A stretch of DNA of 17,141 nt from Coriobacteriia bacterium (GCA_038249135.1 JBBRWO010000036.1:1-17141); one strand, 5' to 3'; positions 8,734 to 16,776 are shown, numbered from the stretch's first letter. Notes: generated by a model not told the origin, from the letters alone. Numbers and translations are program-made.

Positions 8734-9675
8734 GTGTTCTCTCCGTCAGGCGCGGCCTATACTGGGCGAGTGGACACCTACATCGCCGAGTACCTCGGCT
8801 ATCTCTCAGTTGAACGCGGAGCATCCCCGCACACGATCGCGGCGTACCGCGGTGACCTCACGGAGTACTCCCACTTCCTCTCTGAGCGCGGAATCAGTTC
8901 GCCGGATGCCGTCACCCGTCAAGACGTGACTGCGTTCATCGGCTCACTGCGCGCCAGAGGGCTTGCGCCGAGCTCCGTCGAGCGTAAGGTCGCGGCGCTC
9001 AAAGGGCTGCACAAGTTCCTTGTGCGCGAGAATGTGACCGAGAATCACCCCACTTCCGGACTGCCGCTGCCCAAGGTCCCGCTTCAGCTTCCTGACGTCG
9101 TGTCGGTTGATGACATCGACAGGTTGCTTTCCCAGCCGTTTCCCGACGGACCGGTCGGGTTGCGCGACAGGGCGGCTCTCGAACTGCTCTACGGTTGTGG
9201 CTTTCGTGCGAGCGAGCTCACCGGTCTCGATCTGACCGACCTCAACCTTGTCGATGGGTTCATCCGAGTGTTCGGCAAAGGCAGCAAGGAGCGGGTGGTG
9301 CCCGTAGGTGGTATGGCTCTCCACGCCCTCTCGGCTTACCTAGATCACGGCCGAGGATTCCTCCGCCCCACCCGCTCGATCAAAGGCGCGAGTGAATCGG
9401 CCGTGTTTCTGAGCACCCGAGGCAACAGGCTGACTCGGCAGGCGGTGTTCCTCATCGTGCGTGCCTATGGTGTCCGCGTCGGGCTCGAGGTGCACCCGCA
9501 CACCCTGCGACATTCCTTCGCGACGCACATGTTGGAGGGCGGTGCGGACCTGCGTTCCCTGCAGGAGATGCTCGGACACGCAGATATTTCCACGACACAG
9601 GTCTACACACATGTAGATAGGCGGCATATTCGGGAAGAATACTTAACGACACACCCTCGCGCGCGGGTTCGATGA
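8734..9675 (+). CDS. xerD: tyrosine site-specific recombinase XerD
   Basis: The N-terminal core-binding region has YLGYLSVERGASPHTIAAYRGDL. The catalytic residues are R (ALELLYGCGFRASEL), HTLRHSFATHMLEGGADLRSLQEMLGHADISTTQVYTHV (the H-R-H...Y tyrosine). The more likely start is GTG 8770 (VDTYIAEYL...). Confidence 0.85.
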   Translation: MFSPSGAAYTGRVDTYIAEYLGYLSVERGASPHTIAAYRGDLTEYSHFLSERGISSPDAVTRQDVTAFIGSLRARGLAPSSVERKVAALKGLHKFLVRENVTENHPTSGLPLPKVPLQLPDVVSVDDIDRLLSQPFPDGPVGLRDRAALELLYGCGFRASELTGLDLTDLNLVDGFIRVFGKGSKERVVPVGGMALHALSAYLDHGRGFLRPTRSIKGASESAVFLSTRGNRLTRQAVFLIVRAYGVRVGLEVHPHTLRHSFATHMLEGGADLRSLQEMLGHADISTTQVYTHVDRRHIREEYLTTHPRARVR

Positions 9676-9703
9676 GTTCTCCCGTGCGAACTATCGAGGG
9701 AAA

Positions 9704-9736
9704 GCCGCAAGGGGCGGCGCCAGACTGTTCTTTGGA
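9704..9736 (+). terminator. weak hairpin plus T-run after xerD
   Basis: GCCGC-aaggg-GCGGC is a 5-bp stem, followed 7 nt later by CTGTTCTTT. Confidence 0.25.
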
Positions 9737-9785
9737 CTAGAATGAATAGGATGGTTCGTTCCCTGTATAGAGGAGGGAGATCTCT
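9725..9785 (+). promoter_or_regulatory. AT-rich putative promoter region and RBS of BMP/ABC operon
   Basis: This is a local AT-rich island in a GC-rich genome. It contains TTGGAC, TAGAAT and TATAGA hexamers, then the RBS GGAGGGAG 6-7 nt before GTG 9786. The exact -35/-10 pairing is ambiguous. Confidence 0.25.
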
Positions 9786-10853
9786 GTGAGATCGAAGTGG
9801 GTTACGTACGTAGGCGCAGTGCTCGCAGTGGGAATGCTCGCAGCTCTTGCAACAGGTTGCACCAAGGCCGCTGAGCCGGTAGCCCCGGCCGCCGACGCGC
9901 CGAAGACCGACATCAAGGCTGCAATGGTCACCGACGTCGGTGGGTTGGGCGACAAGTCGTTCAACGACCTCTCGTACGCAGGACTTCAGCGGGCGGAGAA
10001 GGAACTCGGCACGGAGATCAAGGTTCTTGAGTCCAAGGAGCCGACTGATTACGAGAGCAACCTGAACCAGCTGGCAACCGCCGGCTACAGCCCGATCTTC
10101 GCGGTTGGATTCCTGATGACCGACACGGTCACCAAGGTCGCTCCTCAGTTTGCTGACGTGAACTTCGGCGGAATCGATATCTTCTTCGACAAGCCTGCGG
10201 CAAACGTGATCGGTCTGAACTTCAAGGAGCAGGAGGCCGGCTATCTCGCAGGCGTCGTCGCCGGCAAGCTGACCACCCTGACGGATGTCGATCCTCGCAT
10301 CAACGACAAGAAGGTCGTTGGCTTCGTGGGGGGCATGGAGATTCCGCCCGTCCAGAAGTTCGAGGCTGGATTCGTGCAGGGCGTCAAGTCGGTCGACCCG
10401 GCTATCGAGGTCAAGAGTATCTACACCGGCACGTTCACCGACGCCCAGAAGGGCATCGAGGCCGGCAAAAGCCTCATCGAGGGTGGCGCGGACATCATCT
10501 TCGCCGCTGCGGGCTCGACCGGCAACGGCTCGGCCAAGGCGTGCCAGGACAACAAGGCGCTCTTCATCGGCGTCGATGCTGACCAGTTCAACACCATCCC
10601 CGGAATCGGCGACACCATTCTGACGTCGGCGATCAAGCGCGTCGACAACGCCGTGTTCCTCACGGTCAAGGATGCTGTTGACGGCGTGTTCAAGGGTGGA
10701 GAGAACAAGGTCTTCGGTCTCGCCGAGGACGGCGTGGGTCTTGCGCCGTACCACGACTGGGACGCCAAGATGCCCGCCGACGTCAAGGCTGCCGTTGATA
10801 AGGCAACCGCTGATATCAAGGCCGGGACCGTAGTGGTCGCAGAGACCAAGTAG
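9786..10853 (+). CDS. BMP-family (PnrA/Med-like) ABC transporter substrate-binding lipoprotein
   Basis: It has a signal peptide with the lipobox LAALATGC. The BMP family is indicated by the motifs AAMVTDVGGLGDKSFND, IFAVGF and FVGGMEIPPV. It is first in an operon with an ABC ATPase and two permeases. Confidence 0.85.
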   Translation: MRSKWVTYVGAVLAVGMLAALATGCTKAAEPVAPAADAPKTDIKAAMVTDVGGLGDKSFNDLSYAGLQRAEKELGTEIKVLESKEPTDYESNLNQLATAGYSPIFAVGFLMTDTVTKVAPQFADVNFGGIDIFFDKPAANVIGLNFKEQEAGYLAGVVAGKLTTLTDVDPRINDKKVVGFVGGMEIPPVQKFEAGFVQGVKSVDPAIEVKSIYTGTFTDAQKGIEAGKSLIEGGADIIFAAAGSTGNGSAKACQDNKALFIGVDADQFNTIPGIGDTILTSAIKRVDNAVFLTVKDAVDGVFKGGENKVFGLAEDGVGLAPYHDWDAKMPADVKAAVDKATADIKAGTVVVAETK

Positions 10854-10874
10854 CACACCGTTCGATTGGATGCG

Positions 10875-10918
10875 TCGACCGCCTCGGCGAGTGTTTTCCT
10901 CCCGCTGAGGCGGTCGAC
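10875..10918 (+). promoter_or_regulatory. intra-operon stem-loop between substrate-binding protein gene and ATPase gene
   Basis: GTCGACCGCCTC-(20 nt loop)-GAGGCGGTCGAC is a perfect 12-bp inverted repeat. No U-tract follows it, and the RBS AGGAG plus ATG 10942 come next. Confidence 0.5.
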
Positions 10919-10941
10919 GATGTTATCGACAGGAGTAACGA

Positions 10942-12543
10942 ATGGCCGCGGAGCCGCGCGCTGAGAACGATGCCACGATCAAGACATCCGGCACACGCCC
11001 CATTCTCGAACTGCACCACATCACCAAACGGTTTCCGGGCGTGTTGGCAAACGACGACGTATCCGTTCAGGTTGCTGCCGGAGAGGTTCTCGCTTTGTTG
11101 GGGGAGAACGGCGCTGGTAAGTCCACTCTGATGAACGTCGCCTACGGCTTGCTCGCTGCTGATTCAGGCGAGATAGTCGTAGAGGGCGAGGTGGTGCAGA
11201 TTCGAATGCCGCGAGACGCGATCGCATTGCGTATCGGCATGGTGCATCAGCATTTCATGCTCGTGGAGCCACTTACTGTGACCGAGAACATAGTGCTCGG
11301 AATGGAGCCCTCAGGCTTTCTCGGCAAGATCGATCGAGCAGCTGCACGCGAGAAGGTCGTTGAAATTGCCAAACGCTATGGGCTGAAGGTAGACCCCGAT
11401 GCGCGTGTGGGCGACCTCTCGGTCGGAATGCAGCAGCGCGTGGAGATACTCAAGGCGCTCTATCGCGATGCGCGCATCTTGATCTTGGACGAACCGACAG
11501 CGGTGCTGACGCCGCAAGAGGTCGATGAGCTCTTCCAGATAGTCCGCGGTCTCGTCAGGGAGGGTCTCGCCGTGGTGATCATCACCCACAAGCTCGACGA
11601 GGTGATGGCCTTCTCGGACAGGATCGCGGTTATGCGCGGCGGAGCGCTCGTGGGGGAGACTACGCCGGCGGAGTGCTCGGAGCAGAGCCTCGCTCGCATG
11701 ATGGTCGGTCGCGACGTCGTGTTGAGAGTGGAGAAGTCGCCTGTTCACGCCGGTGATGTCGTGCTCTCGGTTCGTGGCCTAACCGTTTTGGACGATCGCA
11801 AACTCGAGGCGCTCAAGGGCGTCTCGCTGGATGTCCGTGCCGGCGAGATCGTGGGAATAGCCGGCGTGGACGGCAACGGGCAGGGAGAACTGATCGAGGC
11901 GATCGTTGGTCTTCGTCGTCCCGCTTCGGGGACGGTGTCGATGCGCGGCAAGGACATCACCCATGCGTCGCCGGACGACACCATCGCGTCGGGCGTATCT
12001 CACGTGCCGGCAGATCGCCATCGCCGAGGACTCGTGCTCGACTTCGACCTAGTAGAGAACCTTGCGTTGGGCGACCACCGTCGACCACCGATCGGCAACC
12101 ATGGAATACTCGATCGCGCGGCGATGCACGCGATGGCACTGGAACGAATCGTCGACTATGACGTTCGCACCCCCAACGAGTACGTTGCGGCCGCAAACCT
12201 CTCCGGTGGGAACCAGCAGAAGCTCGTGCTCGCGCGTGAGCTCGGGCGCGATCCCGATTTCCTCATCGCGGCTCAGCCGACTCGCGGTCTGGACGTTGGG
12301 GCAATCGAGTTCGTCCATCGCCGCATTCTCGCCGAGCGTGACTCCGGTAAGGGCGTCTTGCTCGTCAGTATGGAACTTGATGAGATTCAGTCATTGTCCG
12401 ACCGAATCCTCGTGATGTATGAAGGGAAGGTCGTTGCTGAGTTCGAAGGGGGCACCGTGGACGCGGAGGAACTTGGCATCTACATGACGGGCGGCTCGAC
12501 ACCTTCCCAAGCGTCGCTCAAGGGCGGTGGCACGGATGCCTGA
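10942..12543 (+). CDS. ABC transporter ATP-binding protein with two fused ABC domains (CUT2 sugar/nucleoside type)
   Basis: Walker A motifs GENGAGKST and GVDGNGQGE are present, with two signature motifs LSVGMQQRVEI and LSGGNQQKLVL and Walker B motifs ILILDEPT and FLIAAQPTRGLD. The RBS is AGGAG. Confidence 0.9.
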   Translation: MAAEPRAENDATIKTSGTRPILELHHITKRFPGVLANDDVSVQVAAGEVLALLGENGAGKSTLMNVAYGLLAADSGEIVVEGEVVQIRMPRDAIALRIGMVHQHFMLVEPLTVTENIVLGMEPSGFLGKIDRAAAREKVVEIAKRYGLKVDPDARVGDLSVGMQQRVEILKALYRDARILILDEPTAVLTPQEVDELFQIVRGLVREGLAVVIITHKLDEVMAFSDRIAVMRGGALVGETTPAECSEQSLARMMVGRDVVLRVEKSPVHAGDVVLSVRGLTVLDDRKLEALKGVSLDVRAGEIVGIAGVDGNGQGELIEAIVGLRRPASGTVSMRGKDITHASPDDTIASGVSHVPADRHRRGLVLDFDLVENLALGDHRRPPIGNHGILDRAAMHAMALERIVDYDVRTPNEYVAAANLSGGNQQKLVLARELGRDPDFLIAAQPTRGLDVGAIEFVHRRILAERDSGKGVLLVSMELDEIQSLSDRILVMYEGKVVAEFEGGTVDAEELGIYMTGGSTPSQASLKGGGTDA

Positions 12544-13663
12544 GGCCAAAATAGGTACACCTGCCGAGGAGTTGGACGCAGAACGACGGTTTGCGCTTGA
12601 ACAGCAGCGGGTCAAGCGCGCGATCACGATTGCGACGCCGTTCATCTCTGTTGTCATCGCGATGTTGGTCGGATCCCTGGTGATTCTGATTTCGGGACAC
12701 AGCCCCGCTGAGGCGTACTCGGCGATGATCGGCGGAGCATTTGGCGGATGGCGTCAGATCGGTGAGACGCTGCTTCGCGCAACGCCGCTGATCTTCACCG
12801 GCCTGGCGGTGTCCTACGGCTTCCGGGCCGGCCTGTTCAACATCGGTGCCGAGGGCCAGCTGTTCTTGGGCGGGCTTGCCGCGGCGTTTGTGGGCCTTCA
12901 GGTGGGCGGATTGCCACCGCTGGTTTCGCTTCCCATCATCATCTTCGCCGCATTTCTTGCCGGAGCGGCGTGGGCGTTCATCCCGGCCCTCATGAAGGCC
13001 AAGATCGGCGCTCACGAGGTCATCACCACCATGATGTTCTCCTACATCGGCAAGTACTTGGTCTCATACATCATCAACGGTCCACTTCGAGCCGAGGGCA
13101 ACATTCCCCAAACCACGGAGCTTCCGATTGCGAGCCAGCTCCCGCGAATCTCGGATCTTCTGCCCTTCGTGGGGCAGAACCGAGCGCACATCGGCATCGT
13201 CTTGGGGATTATCGCGGCGCTGATCGTCTGGTGGGTCCTGAAGTACACCGTCATGGGTTACGAGGCTCGTGCGGTCGGGTTCAACCCCGCAGCTGCCGAG
13301 ACGGCGGGCATTTCGGTCGCCTCGACGACCATCAAGTCGCTGTGTATCTCCGGAGGCCTTGCAGGTCTGGCTGGGGCGGTCGAGGTCATGGGTGTCCACT
13401 ATCGCCTGTTCGACCAGTTCTCGTCGGGGTTCGGGTTCACCGGCATTGCGGTCGCGCTCTTGGCGAAAAATAACCCGTTCGGCGTGATTCTGGCGGCAAT
13501 CCTCTTCGGATCGCTCTCTGCCGGGGCGGGGACCATGCAACTGGAGGCCGGCGTATCCCAGAAGGTCATCACCATCATCCAGGGAACGATCATCTTCCTC
13601 GTGGGCGCCGAGATGATCGTGACGTGGGCCGTTGCCCGCGTTCGTGGAAGGAAGGGGGTCTGA
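12527..13663 (+). CDS. ABC transporter permease (BMP-system permease 1)
   Basis: The protein is polytopic and hydrophobic. Its start (GTG 12527 or ATG 12536) overlaps the ATPase stop. It is a typical CUT2 permease with GFNPAAAETAGISV. Confidence 0.85.
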   Translation: MARMPEAKIGTPAEELDAERRFALEQQRVKRAITIATPFISVVIAMLVGSLVILISGHSPAEAYSAMIGGAFGGWRQIGETLLRATPLIFTGLAVSYGFRAGLFNIGAEGQLFLGGLAAAFVGLQVGGLPPLVSLPIIIFAAFLAGAAWAFIPALMKAKIGAHEVITTMMFSYIGKYLVSYIINGPLRAEGNIPQTTELPIASQLPRISDLLPFVGQNRAHIGIVLGIIAALIVWWVLKYTVMGYEARAVGFNPAAAETAGISVASTTIKSLCISGGLAGLAGAVEVMGVHYRLFDQFSSGFGFTGIAVALLAKNNPFGVILAAILFGSLSAGAGTMQLEAGVSQKVITIIQGTIIFLVGAEMIVTWAVARVRGRKGV

Positions 13664-13664
13664 C

Positions 13665-14609
13665 ATGTTTGCGGAAATCGTCACTCCTGAACTCTTTGCG
13701 TCCGCCGTCCGTCTTGCCACGCCCATCGCGCTGGCGGCGGTCGGGGCTTCCATCTGTGAACGCTCCGGCGTCACCAACATCGCGATGGAAGGGCTCATGC
13801 TCGTCTCGGCCTTCGCCGGCGTCGCGGTGACACTACTTGTCGGGAACGTCTGGGTGGGAGTCTTCGCTGCGATCGTTGCGTCTGTGGTATTCGCGTCGTT
13901 GCACGCATGGTCGTCGATCAACCTTCGTTCGGATCAGATCATCTCGGCAACCGCCGTGAACATCTTGGCGTTGGGCATCACGGGATTTCTCATGGAGACC
14001 ATCTTCGGTCATCCCGGTACGACGGATCCGGTCAAGACCATCCCACCCATGTATTCTGTCCCCGCGGATGCTGGACCTGTTTGGACGTGGATCGGAACGG
14101 TGTTCTTCAGTTACACGCCGATTGTGTACCTCGGCATGTTCTTGGCCGTGTTTCTGACGTGGGCGTTGTACCGCACGCGCTGGGGCCTGCGGCTGCGTGC
14201 ACTTGGCGAGCATCCTCGCGCGGCCGACACCGTTGGCGTGAACGTACTGCGTGGTCGGTGGTACGCAGTGCTCATCTCAGGGGCAATGTCCGGACTGGCC
14301 GGGGCGAACCTTACTCTGGAGCAGGTCGGATCATTCACGGAGAACATGACCAACGGTCGAGGGTTCATCGCTCTAGCGGCCAATATCTTTGGCAGGTGGA
14401 CACCCGGAGGTGCGTATCTTGCCTCGCTTCTGTTCGGATTTGCGGACGCACTCCAGCTCAAGCTTCAACTGTTCAGCGACACGATCAACATCCCATCCCA
14501 GTTCTTCTTGATGCTTCCGTATGTGCTTACCGTAGTCGTGCTTGCGGGAGTCGTCGGCAAGGCCGTCGCGCCGGCTGCAATCGGTAAGCCATATAAGGAG
14601 AAAGGCTAG
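13665..14609 (+). CDS. ABC transporter permease (BMP-system permease 2)
   Basis: ATG 13665 lies 1 nt after the upstream TGA and is preceded by the RBS GGAAGGAAGGGGG. MFAEIVTPELFASAVRLATPIALAAVGA is typical of this permease family. The track ORF start at 13632 is an upstream in-frame extension. Confidence 0.85.
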   Translation: MFAEIVTPELFASAVRLATPIALAAVGASICERSGVTNIAMEGLMLVSAFAGVAVTLLVGNVWVGVFAAIVASVVFASLHAWSSINLRSDQIISATAVNILALGITGFLMETIFGHPGTTDPVKTIPPMYSVPADAGPVWTWIGTVFFSYTPIVYLGMFLAVFLTWALYRTRWGLRLRALGEHPRAADTVGVNVLRGRWYAVLISGAMSGLAGANLTLEQVGSFTENMTNGRGFIALAANIFGRWTPGGAYLASLLFGFADALQLKLQLFSDTINIPSQFFLMLPYVLTVVVLAGVVGKAVAPAAIGKPYKEKG

Positions 14610-14637
14610 GCACCGCATTCGGTTCACATGTTTGGCT

Positions 14638-14679
14638 CAATAGAGATGGCGTCGGGGGTTCCCGACGCCATCTCTATTG
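14638..14679. terminator. perfect 19-bp inverted repeat hairpin between convergent genes (putative bidirectional, I-shaped terminator)
   Basis: CAATAGAGATGGCGTCGGG-ggtt-CCCGACGCCATCTCTATTG. It lies 29 nt after the permease stop and about 37 nt before the minus-strand DUF4349 stop. Confidence 0.6.
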
Positions 14680-14691
14680 AAATATGTCACG

Positions 14692-14714
14692 CGCACCCAC
14701 CGGGTGCGTGGGTG
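14692..14714 (-). terminator. second small hairpin immediately downstream of the minus-strand DUF4349 gene
   Basis: Two alternative folds are possible, cGCACCC-acc-GGGTGCg or CACCCAC-cgggtgc-GTGGGTG. On the minus strand it is followed by ...GACAUAUUU. Confidence 0.35.
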
Positions 14715-14715
14715 G

Positions 14716-15732
14716 CTACTCCTCGGTTGACTCCGGAGTCACGGGTGCTGCGACGCGCCGGCGTCGGATTCCTCGCCAGATCAGCACGATCAGACCGCCG
14801 AGTGCCACCACAAGGGCCAGCGGAATCGCCAGCGTGATGGTGGCCCGTACCAGCGCAGCGGCGGCACGGACTCCGTCAGTGACCGCCGTCCCGAATCCCC
14901 ACCCGTCGGACCCGGGGGAGACCACAGGGCCGGGCTCCGAAAGCGAGATGGTGAGCGTCGCCATTGCTGCCTGCCGCTCGAGATACTGGAGTTGTGCCTG
15001 CATCGACTCGATCTCGCCTCGGACGCGAGAGAGCTCCCGCTCGACATCTAAGAGCTCCGTGACCTTGTTGGTGCGGCTGAGGAACGATCGCAGTCGCGCC
15101 TCCTCGGCCTGAAGATTCTTCAGTCGTGCCTTCATATCGACGTGCTGCTGGGTCACATCGTCTTGCGAGGAGCTTTGGGCGAGGACGACACCGAGCTTGG
15201 CGACTCGCTGTGTCACAGCAACGAGGCCATCGGCCGGGACGCGCAGGGTGACTTGAGCGTCAGCAGGACCTGAGTAGTTGGCTGCGCCAGAATCAGAAGC
15301 CAGCGGCATCGGCTGCGGAGACACGTTGCCGCTCGTCATCACGAGGTTGGAGACCTCCGAACCTGAGGCAGTGGCAATGTCTCGGACTGACGAGATGGCA
15401 CCGTCGATGTCCTCGACCCGCAGCGACATCGAGGCCACGCTGATGACCGTACGATCCGTGCCCGTGCCCGTGGCCTGAGCCGTTGAGGCGTCCCCGGCGG
15501 TAGGCGCCACGGCAGGGGCCTCGACGAATCCTACGGACTCCGGTGTCGCTGCGACTCCGGCTCCTGAATACGCCATGTCCTTCCGGCTGCCGTCTGAGCC
15601 ATACGATGATGCCGTCTGACCCGACAGCGAGGCACCCGCCAAGCCCGCAGCCTGGTAGCCGACGACCACTGCAATCGCTAGAGCAACAAAGACACCGAGA
15701 ATCTTGAGTACGGGCTTCCACGTGAGCTTCAT
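14716..15732 (-). CDS. DUF4349-like membrane-anchored protein (N-terminal and C-terminal TM helices flanking a coiled-coil domain)
   Basis: The RBS AAGGAGG precedes the ATG at 15732. The N-terminal TM helix is KILGVFVALAIAVVVGY, and the central coiled coil is KARLKNLQAEEARLRSFL...RELSRVRGEIESMQAQLQYLERQ. The C-terminal TM helix LAIPLALVVALGGLIVLIW is followed by RGIRRRR. This architecture is typical of DUF4349. Confidence 0.6.
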   Translation of the reverse strand: MKLTWKPVLKILGVFVALAIAVVVGYQAAGLAGASLSGQTASSYGSDGSRKDMAYSGAGVAATPESVGFVEAPAVAPTAGDASTAQATGTGTDRTVISVASMSLRVEDIDGAISSVRDIATASGSEVSNLVMTSGNVSPQPMPLASDSGAANYSGPADAQVTLRVPADGLVAVTQRVAKLGVVLAQSSSQDDVTQQHVDMKARLKNLQAEEARLRSFLSRTNKVTELLDVERELSRVRGEIESMQAQLQYLERQAAMATLTISLSEPGPVVSPGSDGWGFGTAVTDGVRAAAALVRATITLAIPLALVVALGGLIVLIWRGIRRRRVAAPVTPESTEE

Positions 15733-15849
15733 AGGGCGGCCTCCTTGGGTTTATGAGCGTACCTACCGCATAAAGCGACGAACGCCCTCACCGACAGTAC
15801 GCGGTGGGGCGTCCGAGACGTCAGACAGAAGAGCGAAAGTGCCGAAGGA

Positions 15850-15984
15850 TCAGCCCTTGTTCGCGTCCTCGGCCTTCTTGAGCTGACCGGCGGCATAGAT
15901 ACCCATGCCGATGCCGATAGCCACAACCACGAAGAACGCGAGAACCAGTACCCAGACGACCGCTGCAGGCCAGTTGGGGGTCAT
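15850..15984 (-). CDS. unannotated 44-aa single-TM microprotein (MTPNWPAAVVWVLVLAFFVVVAIGIGMGIYAAGQLKKAEDANKG)
   Basis: It is below the 60-aa cutoff of the ORF track. It has an ATG start with GGAGGTG 11 nt upstream on the minus strand. Third codon positions are strongly GC-biased, consistent with coding. A hydrophobic helix is followed by a charged tail, and the stop is TGA. Confidence 0.4.
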   Translation of the reverse strand: MTPNWPAAVVWVLVLAFFVVVAIGIGMGIYAAGQLKKAEDANKG

Positions 15985-16188
15985 AGAGCCGTTCACCTCC
16001 GTATCGCGAAAGACGATTCCGAGCAGATTCTACTCGTTGCGTTCCACTCGCGGCAAACGGCGGTGTTTTCAGGCCCCATTCTTCTGTCTGTCAAATCGAT
16101 CCGATCCATCCGCACATTCACTCAGACGCGCGGGAATGCCATTTGGTTCGCGTTATCGTCCCACTCGGCTCACGCACACAGGAGCATC

Positions 16189-16261
16189 GTGGAGGGAAGT
16201 GGCATGCGGTGGGGTGAATTCCCATGAGAGTGTTGCAATGTGGGATGAAGTGTCATACAGT
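16189..16261 (+). promoter_or_regulatory. putative MraZ operator plus mraZ promoter
   Basis: GTGGagggaa-GTGGcatgcg-GTGGggtgaa are three GTGG direct repeats at exactly 10-bp spacing (16189, 16199, 16209). A fourth, GTGGGATGAA, sits at 16240. A candidate -35 TTGCAA (16233-16238) and -10 TACAGT (16256-16261) follow. The sequence ends about 70 nt upstream of the mraZ ATG. Confidence 0.4.
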
Positions 16262-16332
16262 TCTTCCTGTGAGGGGGACTCGAATCCGAAAGTACCACCT
16301 CACAACGGAATCGGAACGGGGGGTGACACGAC

Positions 16333-16767
16333 ATGTTCTTGGGCGACTACCAGCACACACTGGATGCCAAGGGTCGCGTGTCGCTGCCCGCCAAGTTCCG
16401 CTCCGACATGACCGGCAAGTTGGTCATCACCAAAGGTCTGGACTCGTGCCTCTACGTGTTCCCGGCCGAGGAGTACAAGCGCTTTACCGAGTCACTTGTC
16501 GGCGGGGACGACTTCAACATCAAGGTGCGGCGCATCCGCCGCTTCTTCGTTGCGGGCGCTCACGACGTCGAGATCGACTCGGCCGGCCGGATCTCACTGC
16601 CGTCCGTGCTCCGTGAGTACGCGGATCTGAAGAAGGACATCGCAGTCACCGGCAACGGCAACCGGATCGAGATCTGGGACGCCGAGGCATGGGCCGCATA
16701 CAACGGCGAGGTCGAGGGCTCGATCGAGGACCTCGCACAAGAGCTGGCCACAGCGGGCCTGCTCTAG
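16333..16767 (+). CDS. mraZ: transcriptional regulator MraZ
   Basis: MFLGDYQHTLDAKGRVSLPAKFR and the second half-domain GRISLPSVLREYADL form the duplicated MraZ fold. The RBS GGGGGGTG lies 7 nt upstream. rsmH follows. Confidence 0.9.
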   Translation: MFLGDYQHTLDAKGRVSLPAKFRSDMTGKLVITKGLDSCLYVFPAEEYKRFTESLVGGDDFNIKVRRIRRFFVAGAHDVEIDSAGRISLPSVLREYADLKKDIAVTGNGNRIEIWDAEAWAAYNGEVEGSIEDLAQELATAGLL

Positions 16768-16776
16768 GAATTGAAA

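Noticed and set aside
8734-9675. xerD as a marker of an integrated mobile element
   Set aside because: It has a full XerD-type catalytic signature, and the conserved chromosomal neighbourhood with pyrG is retained. No transposase, phage genes, tRNA target or flanking direct or inverted repeats are visible, so it is the housekeeping chromosome-dimer resolvase.
9603-10856. 417-aa minus-strand ORF antisense to the BMP lipoprotein gene
   Set aside because: This is the shadow ORF of a clear lipoprotein gene (signal peptide, lipobox, BMP motifs on + strand). It is an antisense artefact.
13064-13921. 285-aa minus-strand ORF antisense to the two ABC permease genes
   Set aside because: It overlaps two hydrophobic permease CDSs. 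The translation is Arg/Asp-rich and non-hydrophobic, so it is a shadow ORF.
15905-16411. 168-aa + strand ORF spanning the mraZ upstream region
   Set aside because: It crosses the divergent promoter region and the mraZ start in a different frame. It is ST/R-rich, while the real genes here are the minus-strand micro-ORF and mraZ.
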